Shown here: piece after piece, positions 50,777 through 59,473 of the stretch
Layout of the letters: the number at the start of each line of letters is the position of its first letter
Numbering within the stretch: position 1 is the first letter of the stretch
Origin: Candidatus Dadabacteria bacterium
Lineage (GTDB): Bacteria > Desulfobacterota_D > UBA1144 > Nemesobacterales > UBA2774
Assembly: GCA_020849425.1 (NCBI GenBank)
Contig: JADLGH010000094.1
Coordinates: forward strand, 5,854-69,853
Direction: 5' to 3'
Length of the DNA stretch: 64,000 nucleotides
The notes under the pieces: model-generated
The model's input: only the letters and a program-made list of their open reading frames with translations
Databases searched by the model: none
Told to the model about the DNA's origin: nothing
Translations under genes and position numbers: made by a program

Positions 50777-52417
50777 TCACCTTATATCGATCCTGTATGG
50801 CATGACCGCAAAGAAGCTTTCCCGCGTAAGTGTCTCCGCGAGGTCCATAAGAAACGCGGCCCGGCCCGAGAATGCGCCGGCCCCGTAAAGCGAAGCCGGT
50901 CTGAGCCCCCTGTCGACGGAATAATACTTTACGTGGGGTCTCTTCTTCCCGTCCCCGATTCCTGCTTCTTCGGAAGCGAGCTCTATGGCGTCGTGAAGGC
51001 CGCCGAGCTCGTCGACGAGGCCGAGCTCCTTTGCCTGCGCCCCCGTCCACACCCTCCCCCCCGCCGCCGATTCGGCCCGGTCCCTGTCCATATTCCTGTC
51101 CCCGGAAACGGAATCGACGAAGGCGTCGTAGTAAATCCGGAGCATCTCGTCGAGCCTTTTCTCCTCGTCCTCCGTAAACCCCCTCGCCGAAGAGTACATG
51201 AGGGAGTGTTTCGAGGACGGCATCAGCTCGGTGCTGATTCCGAGCTTTTTCCTGAGCCCGCTCACGTCGAACTTCCCGTATACGATGCCTATGGAGCCCG
51301 TGAGCGTCATGGGGTCGGCCAGGATGGAGCGCGCGCCCAGGGAAACGAGATATCCTCCCGACGCCGCGACGTCCGACATGGAAACGACGACGGGCATCTT
51401 CTCGGACACGCGCTTCAGCTCCTCCCTTATCACGTCCGAAGCGATGCCGGACCCGCCCGGCGAGGATATCCTGAGGACGAGCGCCCTTACGCTTTTATCC
51501 TTCGATATCCGCCCGAGGAGCTTCAAGACGGGGCCGGAGCGGATGGTCTTCATGCCCGGGCCCCTTCCGGAGCCGCCCGTTATCGCACCCGTACACGCCA
51601 GGACGGCGACAATCGGCGGAGAGCCGGTGAATACCCTTCCAAAACCTGAAAGTTTTTCTTTAAGTTTTAAATATCTATTGTATCTACGAGCGCTTATCGC
51701 GTGTACTTCAAGCCCCGCCTCATCCCCCGTCCTGTCCCTTATATCGCCTTCATACGCAACTCCGTCGATAAGATTCTCCGCGACAGCCTCTTTGGCGGTA
51801 TAGGGCGCGCGGTCTATCTTCTCCTTTACCTCGCCGGGGCTCATGCCCCGCCCCTCGGCTACGGCGCGTTCGAGCCCGTCCGAAAGACTCCCCAGTATGG
51901 ATTCCATCATCTCCCTGTGCGCGGGGGACATGGAATCCCTCGTGAACGTATCCCTGGCACTCTTGTACTCGCCGAGCCCCTTGATTCGGGCGTCTATGCC
52001 GAGCTTGGACAGGGTGTCCTTAAAGAACGAGACCTCCGCGGCAAGGCCGACGAGATTAAGCGTCGCCCACGGTGAGACGTAGATTTTATCCCCGATCGAG
52101 GCCGGCAGGTACTCGACATTCCCGCAGTCTTCGAGGTATACGATTATTTTCTTGCCGGCGGCTTTCAATTCGGCGAGATGCCCTCTTATGGAATTCGCCC
52201 GGCCGATTCCTATATTGAGCGTCTTTATGCGGAGTATCACGCCGCGTATATTCTCCGCCTGCCCGGCCCCGGCGAGCACGCGCTCCACATCGCCCATGGA
52301 AAGCGGGGGCTCCCCGCCTATAAAGCCGAGCATCTTTTTACCGGGCTCGTCGGGGATGTCGCCCGAGAGCTCGAGGTCTAAAAAGTTATAGCGTCCCAAG
52401 GGACTCAAAGGATTCAT
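50777..52417 (-). CDS. sppA: signal peptide peptidase SppA, 67K (two-domain) type
   Basis: 546 aa with two ClpP/crotonase-like halves. Has SPGGS and the ASGGY serine context. Confidence 0.8.
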   Translation of the reverse strand: MNPLSPLGRYNFLDLELSGDIPDEPGKKMLGFIGGEPPLSMGDVERVLAGAGQAENIRGVILRIKTLNIGIGRANSIRGHLAELKAAGKKIIVYLEDCGNVEYLPASIGDKIYVSPWATLNLVGLAAEVSFFKDTLSKLGIDARIKGLGEYKSARDTFTRDSMSPAHREMMESILGSLSDGLERAVAEGRGMSPGEVKEKIDRAPYTAKEAVAENLIDGVAYEGDIRDRTGDEAGLEVHAISARRYNRYLKLKEKLSGFGRVFTGSPPIVAVLACTGAITGGSGRGPGMKTIRSGPVLKLLGRISKDKSVRALVLRISSPGGSGIASDVIREELKRVSEKMPVVVSMSDVAASGGYLVSLGARSILADPMTLTGSIGIVYGKFDVSGLRKKLGISTELMPSSKHSLMYSSARGFTEDEEKRLDEMLRIYYDAFVDSVSGDRNMDRDRAESAAGGRVWTGAQAKELGLVDELGGLHDAIELASEEAGIGDGKKRPHVKYYSVDRGLRPASLYGAGAFSGRAAFLMDLAETLTRESFFAVMPYRIDIR

Positions 52418-52476
52418 ACCTGTACCGTCCGTAACGAAAGACTTGCGGTTATCTATATTATTATGCCGGACGAATC

Positions 52477-53949
52477 CTAAAGACCGAGTCTATAATCCAG
52501 CATGGTCCTCACGCCGAACCCCGTACCGCCCTTCGGGTAGAACTCCCCTTCCCTCTCGGCGTAGGCGGGTCCTGCAAGGTCAATGTGGGCCCACGGGGTC
52601 TCGCCGACGAAGTTTTCGAGGAACATCGCCGCCGTTATCGCGCCGCCCCACCTGCTGCCGGCGTTCTTTATGTCGGCGACGTCGCTCTTTATCTCGGCCC
52701 TCAGCTCATCGTCCAGTGGAAGCTCCCATATCTTCTCGCCGGCTTCCCTCGAAGCCTCGAGGATCTTCCCGGCGAGCTTCGCGTCGTTGCTCATGAGGCC
52801 GGCTGTATAAAGTCCGAGGCCCACGATGCAGGCCCCCGTCAGTGTCGCCATGTCTACGATTTCGGCCGCCTTCAGCTCGGCGGCGTAGGATAGCGCGTCC
52901 GACAGGACGATTCGCCCCTCGGCGTCGGTGTTTATTACTTCTATCGTCTTCCCGTTATACGCCCTGATGACGTCGTCCGGCTTATACGCCCCGGGGCCGG
53001 TCATGTTCTCGCACGACGCTACGAGGCCGTGAACCCGGACGCGCGGCTTAAGCGCCGGGAGGGCCTTCATCACCCCGAGCACCGCCGCGGCGCCGGCCAT
53101 GTCCATCTTCATCGTGCGCATGCTGTCGGCGGGCTTTATGCATAGTCCGCCCGAATCGAACGTGATGCCCTTCCCGACTATGGCTATGGTCTTCGCCGGT
53201 TTTTTAGAGGGCTCGTATGTGAGGTGAATGAACCTCGGCTCCTGGTCGCTCCCGCTCGTGACGGCCTGTATGCCCCGCATGCCGCGCCTGTCTATCTCCT
53301 CCGGGCCGAAAATCTCACACTTAAGGCCGCCCTCCTCGGCTATGCCCGCGGCAATCTCGGCGAGCCTGGTCGGGGTCATGTAAACGGGCGGCTCGTTCAC
53401 GAGGTCGCGGACGAGATTCGTCGACTCTCCCACGGCCCTTGCAAGGCCGGTCTCCGTGGCGAGCCGCTTTTCGGTGAGGCCGTCCGACGAGAGAATTATC
53501 CCGGACAGCCTGCTCCCGCCCTCGCCGTTCGTCTTGTACTTGTTGAACTCGTATGCGCCCAGGTAGAGGCCTTCCGATAGCGCCTTCACATATCCCGGCT
53601 TGTTCGAGAACCTCGGGCCGAAGGCGATCGACGCGGACGATTTCCTGAGCCTCTTGGCCGATACGATGCCCGCCTTTCTTAAAGCCGCCCGGCCAAAACC
53701 GCGCTTCGCGCCGAGTCCGACGACGAGAACGCGCTTTACGCCTGCGCGCCCGAAGGTCGAGCCCAGAAGGACGGCCTTCCCCTCTTCCCCTTCGAACTTC
53801 TCGGACTCGACAAGCGTTTTGAGCTCGCCGCCGAGGGCCTTATCCATTTCCTTCAAATCGCCCGAGAGCCCCTCGCCCTTTAACATCCCGAGGACGAGGG
53901 CATCTGCTTTAACTTTCTTTATGTTTTCCTTTCCGATTATAAATTTCAA
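52477..53949 (-). CDS. pepA: leucyl aminopeptidase (M17)
   Basis: TTG start with an AAGGAG RBS. Has VGKGITFDSGG and NTDAEGRIVLSD. Confidence 0.9.
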   Translation of the reverse strand: MKFIIGKENIKKVKADALVLGMLKGEGLSGDLKEMDKALGGELKTLVESEKFEGEEGKAVLLGSTFGRAGVKRVLVVGLGAKRGFGRAALRKAGIVSAKRLRKSSASIAFGPRFSNKPGYVKALSEGLYLGAYEFNKYKTNGEGGSRLSGIILSSDGLTEKRLATETGLARAVGESTNLVRDLVNEPPVYMTPTRLAEIAAGIAEEGGLKCEIFGPEEIDRRGMRGIQAVTSGSDQEPRFIHLTYEPSKKPAKTIAIVGKGITFDSGGLCIKPADSMRTMKMDMAGAAAVLGVMKALPALKPRVRVHGLVASCENMTGPGAYKPDDVIRAYNGKTIEVINTDAEGRIVLSDALSYAAELKAAEIVDMATLTGACIVGLGLYTAGLMSNDAKLAGKILEASREAGEKIWELPLDDELRAEIKSDVADIKNAGSRWGGAITAAMFLENFVGETPWAHIDLAGPAYAEREGEFYPKGGTGFGVRTMLDYRLGL

Positions 53950-54224
53950 TTGTTATATGCTCCTTCGCTCTATATATTATTTAATAGCACAACGGATTAT
54001 CTAATCTTAGCATACAAGCACATAATTGTAAGCCCGCGGAGACGCCCCCGATTTTACTCGAATCCGTTTACTTCTTCGAACCGGCGAGCCGGGATTAGGT
54101 GTGACTATATACAATAAAAGTTATTTAACATACCGAAATGAAAATTTTGCTGGCTCCGGCCGTCAATATTAGGTAAATTAATACTGAACATAAAATCTTT
54201 CAATTTAGTAAGGAGGTAATTGTA

Positions 54225-54503
54225 ATGGGTTGCCCGTACAAAGCCATTGCCGATGATACGAGAAGGAAGATCCTCGAGTTTTTAAGCGAGGGCGAAAGCG
54301 CGGCCGGAGATATAGCGAGCAGGTTCGAAATATCCAAGCCCGCCATTTCGAATCATCTCAAGATTTTGAAGGAAGCCGATATTGTCAACGAGCGCAAGGT
54401 CAGGCAAAACCGGCTATATTCCCTAAACAGCGAGAAGATAAATAACATGAAGTTCTTTCTCACCTCGCTCACAGGGAAAAACAGCCAGAACGTGAGAGCT
54501 TGA
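54225..54503 (+). CDS. ArsR/SmtB family winged-helix transcriptional regulator (copy 1)
   Basis: RBS AAGGAGG. Has DDTRRKILEFL...AGDIASRFEISKPAISNHLKILKEADIV..R..RQNRLYSL. Confidence 0.85.
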   Translation: MGCPYKAIADDTRRKILEFLSEGESAAGDIASRFEISKPAISNHLKILKEADIVNERKVRQNRLYSLNSEKINNMKFFLTSLTGKNSQNVRA

Positions 54504-54679
54504 CGGCCGGAAGACCGACGCGCTGCGAAGGATGCGTTCGTTGCTCGGCTCCCAATTTAAATTCAATCGAACACGGGCCGTTTCCGGTGCGAGCTCCCGG
54601 AAGCGGCCTTCTGTCTTTATGTCCGAGACGTGCGGCTATTGCCGAACGGAACCGACTCGGCTGACCCCGGAGAAATATC

Positions 54680-55744
54680 ATGCCCGGAATAGTATCTGCA
54701 GGGACCAGCGACGCTCCTCATGCGTACTCGCAGACGGAGCTCAAGGGGCTTGCGCGCGCGCTCTTTCTCAAAAAGGGCCGGGATTTCGGAAGGCTCCTCG
54801 ATGTTTTCGACAACTCCCTTATAGATTCCCGCCATTTCATAAATTCGGCCGAGTGGTTCGAAACCCCCAAGAGCTTTAAGGAAAGGTCGGTATCCTACGC
54901 CGAAAACGTGGCCGCGCTGTCGATTCCGGCCATAAAAGCCTGCGTCGAAAGCGCGGAGGCGGACTACGGCGACTTCGATCACATAATCTTCGTGACGAGC
55001 ACCGGCATCTCCGCCCCCTCGGCAGACGCGCTCATACTGAATCAGCTCGGCCTCGACAGGCACGTCAGGCGAACCCCCGTATGGGGGCTCGGGTGCGCGG
55101 GCGGGGCCGCGGGCATGAGCAGGGCGTTCGAGTACGCCAGGGCTTTTCCCGAAAGCGCCGTCCTTCTCGTGTCGGCCGAGATGTGCAGCCTCGCCTTTCA
55201 CGACGACGATTACTCGAAGAGTAACGTCGTCTCGCTCGCCCTCTTTTCGGACGGTGCGGCCGCGGTGCTCGTGGCGGGCGAAAAACACAGGCTCTACGGC
55301 AAGGCCAGGGTGCGCATGACCGGCGCCCTTTCGACCACATGGCCCGACACGCTCGGCATTATGGGCTGGGAGGTGGTGGACGACGGCCTTCGCGCCATAT
55401 TCAGTAAAGAGATACCGAACATCGTCAGAGAGAGGATCGGCGAGAACATAGACGAGCTCCTGGGTCCGCGCGGGCTTTCCACGTCCGGCCTCGGGCATTT
55501 TGCCGTGCACCCCGGCGGGCCGAAGGTGCTCAGCGAATACGAGGCGGCGCTCGGGCTCGAAGAAGGCGCGTTCGGATATTCGAGGAAGGTCCTCCGCGAG
55601 CACGGCAACATGTCGTCCCCGACCGTACTCTACGTCTTAAAAGAGGTCCTCGACGGGGAAGATTTCGGGGAGAACGAGCACGGCATTATCTCGGCCCTCG
55701 GGCCCGGGTTCAGCTCGGAGCTCGTCCTGTTCGAATCCGCATGA
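54680..55744 (+). CDS. type III polyketide synthase (chalcone/stilbene synthase family)
   Basis: Catalytic Cys context WGLGCAGGAAG, His in FAVHPGGPKVL and Asn in HGNMSSPTVLYVL. 354 aa. Confidence 0.85.
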   Translation: MPGIVSAGTSDAPHAYSQTELKGLARALFLKKGRDFGRLLDVFDNSLIDSRHFINSAEWFETPKSFKERSVSYAENVAALSIPAIKACVESAEADYGDFDHIIFVTSTGISAPSADALILNQLGLDRHVRRTPVWGLGCAGGAAGMSRAFEYARAFPESAVLLVSAEMCSLAFHDDDYSKSNVVSLALFSDGAAAVLVAGEKHRLYGKARVRMTGALSTTWPDTLGIMGWEVVDDGLRAIFSKEIPNIVRERIGENIDELLGPRGLSTSGLGHFAVHPGGPKVLSEYEAALGLEEGAFGYSRKVLREHGNMSSPTVLYVLKEVLDGEDFGENEHGIISALGPGFSSELVLFESA

Positions 55745-56256
55745 AGATATTCCTCCTCTTTCTCATACTCATAGTCCTCCAGCGGCTCGGCGAGCTCGCG
55801 CTCGCGAAGAGGAACGAAAAGATTCTAAGAAGCGAAGGGGCGGTCGAATACGACGCCGGCGGCTACAGGGTCATCGTCCTCATGCACGCGGCCTTTCTCG
55901 TATCCTTCACCGCCGAGTACTTCCTATTCGGAAGGTCACTCTCTCCCTACTGGCTCCCGCTCCTCTGCGTTTTCGTCGCGGCGCAGCTCCTCCGGTACTG
56001 GGCAATACGGAGCCTCGGCAAGTTCTGGAACACGAGGATTCTGATCGTCCCCGGCGAAAGGCTGGTAACAAAGGGCCCCTATAGATACCTCGTGCATCCC
56101 AACTATATATCGGTAGTGATAGAAATCGCCGTCATACCGCTTATCTTCTCGTGCTACATCACGGCAGCGGTATTCACCTTGCTTAACCTGCTCGCCCTCA
56201 GAAGGCGTATACGTATAGAAGAGAGCGCCCTTTCGAAACTCGAAAAACCTTTATAA
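55741..56256 (+). CDS. isoprenylcysteine carboxyl methyltransferase (ICMT) family membrane methyltransferase, BpsB-like
   Basis: 171 aa polytopic protein with VTKGPYRYLVHPNYISVVIE. The ATG overlaps the PKS stop (ATGA). Confidence 0.8.
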   Translation: MKIFLLFLILIVLQRLGELALAKRNEKILRSEGAVEYDAGGYRVIVLMHAAFLVSFTAEYFLFGRSLSPYWLPLLCVFVAAQLLRYWAIRSLGKFWNTRILIVPGERLVTKGPYRYLVHPNYISVVIEIAVIPLIFSCYITAAVFTLLNLLALRRRIRIEESALSKLEKPL

Positions 56257-56279
56257 CCATCCTCACAAATGGCTCCGGG

Positions 56280-56366
56280 TGTCCGAGGAGGTATCGCAAC
56301 GCCCGGCACGCGCCTCTCGACGGGGAGCGCTTCGTCGTCTTCCGTCCGAAATATCGACCTCGGCAT
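56280..56366 (-). pseudogene. relic of a doxX 5' end (about 29 codons), inverted relative to the intact doxX
   Basis: The minus-strand translation MPRSIFRTEDDEALPVERRVPGVAIPP aligns with the DoxX N-terminus MLRSIFRTEDDASALIARLVLGIVILP. Homology is lost after that point. Pro/Arg substitutions fall in the would-be TM helix. Confidence 0.6.
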
Positions 56367-56377
56367 AGGCCCCCCCG
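56325..56377 (-). repeat. left arm of the inverted repeat (doxX RBS plus first ~42 nt)
   Basis: The reverse complement matches 57130-57184. 32 of the first 34 coding nt are identical, followed by a 1-nt indel and gcgctc. The RBS regions are similar (cgggggggcctATG versus cgggaggcacctATG). Confidence 0.8.
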
Positions 56378-57129
56378 CGGAACGGGAGATTAATCTATGA
56401 GAAATAACTGTTATATATGCTCCTTAGGAAATAAAATAGATATACTTTATAGCTCCTATATCGGATTGATCGGGGATGTAATAATAGCCTGAATATATGT
56501 TCTATGCTTTTCCCGCCTTCCCGGCCCGATTTTTCCTTTAAGTTTTGCGTAAAACCTATACTTTACATTAGGGGGTACTTATTCTGTAATTACAGAGGGT
56601 TATTCGGAGGACCTGTTTCCCGTCTTTAAAATCAAAACCAGAGAATATTCAAATATAAAGAAGGGCAAAAACAGTTAACTGCAATACTGAAGTTATTTTT
56701 TAGTGTTATTACAGGATATTATAACATCTATTTAATGTGCTTTATGATATTATACGTACCTCTAAAGCTCCACATTAGCTACCCTGAAGCCCCGCTTGAG
56801 AAGATCCTCGGGGGCCGGACGAAATGCGGAGACCCGTCCGGCTAAATACGAAATAGAAGCTATATTACATATATTATATTTCTCCCATGTTCTATACATA
56901 TGTTAAAAGAAGATGCTCCGGTCCCGGCCGTGAAATAAACCCGGCCCGGACCTACCCCTCTTCCACGACTCTTTTTTTGTTTCCGGGGCCGGTGGACCGG
57001 GTCGAAAGAAAATGGCGGCTTAATACACGGGTGAACAAAAAACGGGTTCCTCGCCCGAAGGTATCCCGGAAGATCCGGCACTTGAATATAAATGCAGAAA
57101 TAATATAAACTCTATTCAAGAACAGCTAT
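56378..57129. other. AT-rich segment between the inverted arms with no ORF of 60 aa or more lying wholly inside it that looks coding
   Basis: Composition is visibly far more AT-rich than the flanking genes. Contains a perfect 12-bp palindrome CTGTAATTACAG (56584-56595) and GC hairpins at about 56813-56842 and about 56918-56952. Confidence 0.7.
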
Positions 57130-57184
57130 CGGGAGGCACCTATGCTGAGGTCGATATTTCGGACGGAGGACGACGCAAGCGCTC
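57130..57184 (+). repeat. right arm of the inverted repeat (RBS plus start of intact doxX)
   Basis: See the left-arm entry. Confidence 0.8.
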
Positions 57185-57582
57185 TCATCGCGAGGCTTGT
57201 GCTGGGTATCGTGATTCTTCCTCACGGGCTCCAGAAATTGCTCGGACTGTTCGGCGGGGCCGGGTTTACGGCGACAGTCGATTATTTTGTCAGCAGCGGA
57301 CTGCCGGCTTTTCTCGCGGTCCTTATCATCATAGGCGAGGCCTTCGGCGCTCTCGGGCTCATACTCGGTTTCCTCAGCCGCCTGGCGGCACTCGGGATCA
57401 CCATTATCATGCTCGGGGCCATTTTAACCGTGCACGTAAAATTCGGTTTCTTCATGAACTGGGCGGGGACACAGGCAGGGGAAGGATTCGAGTTCCACCT
57501 CCTGGCCATAGGACTGGCCCTCGTCGTCCTCATCAGGGGCGGGGGGCTGTGGTCCGTGGATGCCGCCATAACGAAGTCCTAG
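57142..57582 (+). CDS. DoxX family membrane protein
   Basis: 146 aa with four TM helices and the DoxX-type pattern (RLVLGIVILPHGLQKLLG...GG). Confidence 0.8.
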   Translation: MLRSIFRTEDDASALIARLVLGIVILPHGLQKLLGLFGGAGFTATVDYFVSSGLPAFLAVLIIIGEAFGALGLILGFLSRLAALGITIIMLGAILTVHVKFGFFMNWAGTQAGEGFEFHLLAIGLALVVLIRGGGLWSVDAAITKS

Positions 57583-57728
57583 CGTCGGGAGCAGTCTCCC
57601 CTCCCCGTGGGCCGGCCAATGGACTAATACAGAAGGGAAACGCCTTTCGTGCTTTATTGACAGGGGGCGCGAGGTTGTGGCATATGCATGCAAGCGCGTG
57701 ATCGGCGACTTGCTTTCCTTCGAACTAT

Positions 57729-57750
57729 AAATTAGAATAATTTCTAATTT
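57729..57750. promoter_or_regulatory. perfect 9-4-9 palindrome, candidate ArsR-family operator
   Basis: AAATTAGAA-taat-TTCTAATTT, 16-34 nt upstream of the two possible starts of the second ArsR gene. Confidence 0.4.
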
Positions 57751-57783
57751 AGCCAATCCGGAACTATGAAGGGGGATGTATAT

Positions 57784-58044
57784 ATGGGATGCCGCTTTAA
57801 AGCATTGAGCGACGAGCGAAGACGTACGATTCTCGCCATTCTCGGCGAGAACGACGCGTCGGCCGGAGATATAGCACGCAGATTCTCTATATCGCAGCCT
57901 ACAGTTTCTAATCATTTAAAGATACTCAAGGAAGCAGGACTCATCACAGAGCAGAAGATCAGACAGAACAGGATTTATTCCCTCTACAAGCCCGGCATAC
58001 ATAGTGTGATTGAGACCCTTAAAAACATAGTCAAAGAAGCCTGA
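57784..58044 (+). CDS. ArsR/SmtB family winged-helix transcriptional regulator (copy 2)
   Basis: MGCRFKALSDERRRTILAIL...AGDIARRFSISQPTVSNHLKILKEAGLI parallels copy 1 (MGCPYKAIADDTRRKILEFL). ATG 57784 has a G-rich RBS. ATG 57766 is the longer alternative. Confidence 0.8.
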   Translation: MGCRFKALSDERRRTILAILGENDASAGDIARRFSISQPTVSNHLKILKEAGLITEQKIRQNRIYSLYKPGIHSVIETLKNIVKEA

Positions 58045-58253
58045 AGCGTTTTTAGACTGCATGCCGACATGCCATCCGCGTAGACGGCGAAATCGCGTGA
58101 GCGGTTTTACCGGGGGGATATTTGCGCCCGGTTGGCCCTTCAATTCCCGGCGCGTACCGCGTATAATCCACAACCGCGCCGATTCCGGGGGGCGTTTCTA
58201 AAGTCACGGCGCTTGAGTTATACTGATACAGCCAAAACAACCGGGACGAAACC

Positions 58254-59423
58254 ATGATAGATAAAAACAGGATGACAGAGCACGCGATGGAGCTCATCAG
58301 GATCGACAGCCTCTCGAGGATGGAAAGGGAGGTCGCGCTCAGGCTCGAAAAGGAGATGAAGGGGCTTGGCGCCGAATGCTTTTACGACGACGCCGGGGAA
58401 AAGGTCGGTGGGGACGTCGGAAACCTGATAGTAAAACTCGAGGGCAATAAAAGCGGGGCCCCTCCCCTCCTTCTTTCCGCCCACATGGACACCGTCGGGC
58501 CGGGCGAGGGAATAAAACCGCGCGTCGAGAACGGTGTAATGAAGAGCGACGGCACAACGATCCTGGGAAGCGACGACAAGAGCGGGATCGCCGTCATCGT
58601 CGAGGTTATAAGGGCTCTCAAGGAAAAGAATATTCCCCACGGCGACATAGAAATCGCATTCACCATATGCGAGGAAATCGGCCTTCTCGGGGCGAAACAC
58701 ATTGACATAAACAAATTCAGATCGAAGCACGGCATAGTCCTCGACAGCAGCACTCCGGCCAGGCTCGTGCTTAAATGCCCCTCGGCCGCGAAGATGGAAT
58801 TCCTCGTGCACGGGCTCGAAGCGCACGCCGGGCTTTGCCCCGAAAACGGCATAAGCGCAATAGAAATCGCGAGCCGCGCCATTTCGCAGATGAGGCTCGG
58901 GAGGATAGACGACATTACGACCGCCAACATCGGTATAATCGAGGGCGGCCGCGCTACCAACATAGTCCCCAACCTCGTACACGTCGTCGGAGAAGCCAGG
59001 AGCCACAACGAAGAGAAGCTCGATTCCCAAATCGGCCACATGAGAGGGTGTTTTCACGATACGGTTTCGAAATACGAGGTCACGCTGCACGACGACCTCT
59101 CGGCAGGCGGCGTCACGTACACGGCGAGGCTCGACGAGAAGATAGAGAGGACGTACGACAGGATGGACGTCCCGTTGACGTCGGTCCCGGCAAAGCTCGT
59201 GACCGGCGCCGTGAACAACCTCGGGTACTCGATAGCCCCGCACACGAGCGGCGGCGGATGCGACGCGAATTTCTTTAACAAAATGGGCGTCGAGTGCGTA
59301 AACCTCGGAACGGGCATGTACGAGCTCCACACCGTAAACGAATATCTCGTGCTCGAAGAATTCTACAGGGCCGCCGAGATAGTGCTCGAGGCCGTAAAGC
59401 TCAACACCGTAAACGGCGGATAG
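58254..59423 (+). CDS. M20 family metallopeptidase (PepT/tripeptidase-like)
   Basis: Has LLLSAHMDTV, GSDDKSGIAV and EEIGLLGA. Confidence 0.8.
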   Translation: MIDKNRMTEHAMELIRIDSLSRMEREVALRLEKEMKGLGAECFYDDAGEKVGGDVGNLIVKLEGNKSGAPPLLLSAHMDTVGPGEGIKPRVENGVMKSDGTTILGSDDKSGIAVIVEVIRALKEKNIPHGDIEIAFTICEEIGLLGAKHIDINKFRSKHGIVLDSSTPARLVLKCPSAAKMEFLVHGLEAHAGLCPENGISAIEIASRAISQMRLGRIDDITTANIGIIEGGRATNIVPNLVHVVGEARSHNEEKLDSQIGHMRGCFHDTVSKYEVTLHDDLSAGGVTYTARLDEKIERTYDRMDVPLTSVPAKLVTGAVNNLGYSIAPHTSGGGCDANFFNKMGVECVNLGTGMYELHTVNEYLVLEEFYRAAEIVLEAVKLNTVNGG

Positions 59424-59473
59424 CGTCCGCACTGCATATCTGTCCGGCAACATACCGGACGCCCGAAGGAAAA

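Noticed and set aside
53948-56426. A shared ~15-nt string (tgttatat[at]gctcctt) at the pepA RBS and inside the AT-rich segment.
   Set aside because: Matches of this length, with an indel, are expected by chance in a 64-kb window searched on both strands.
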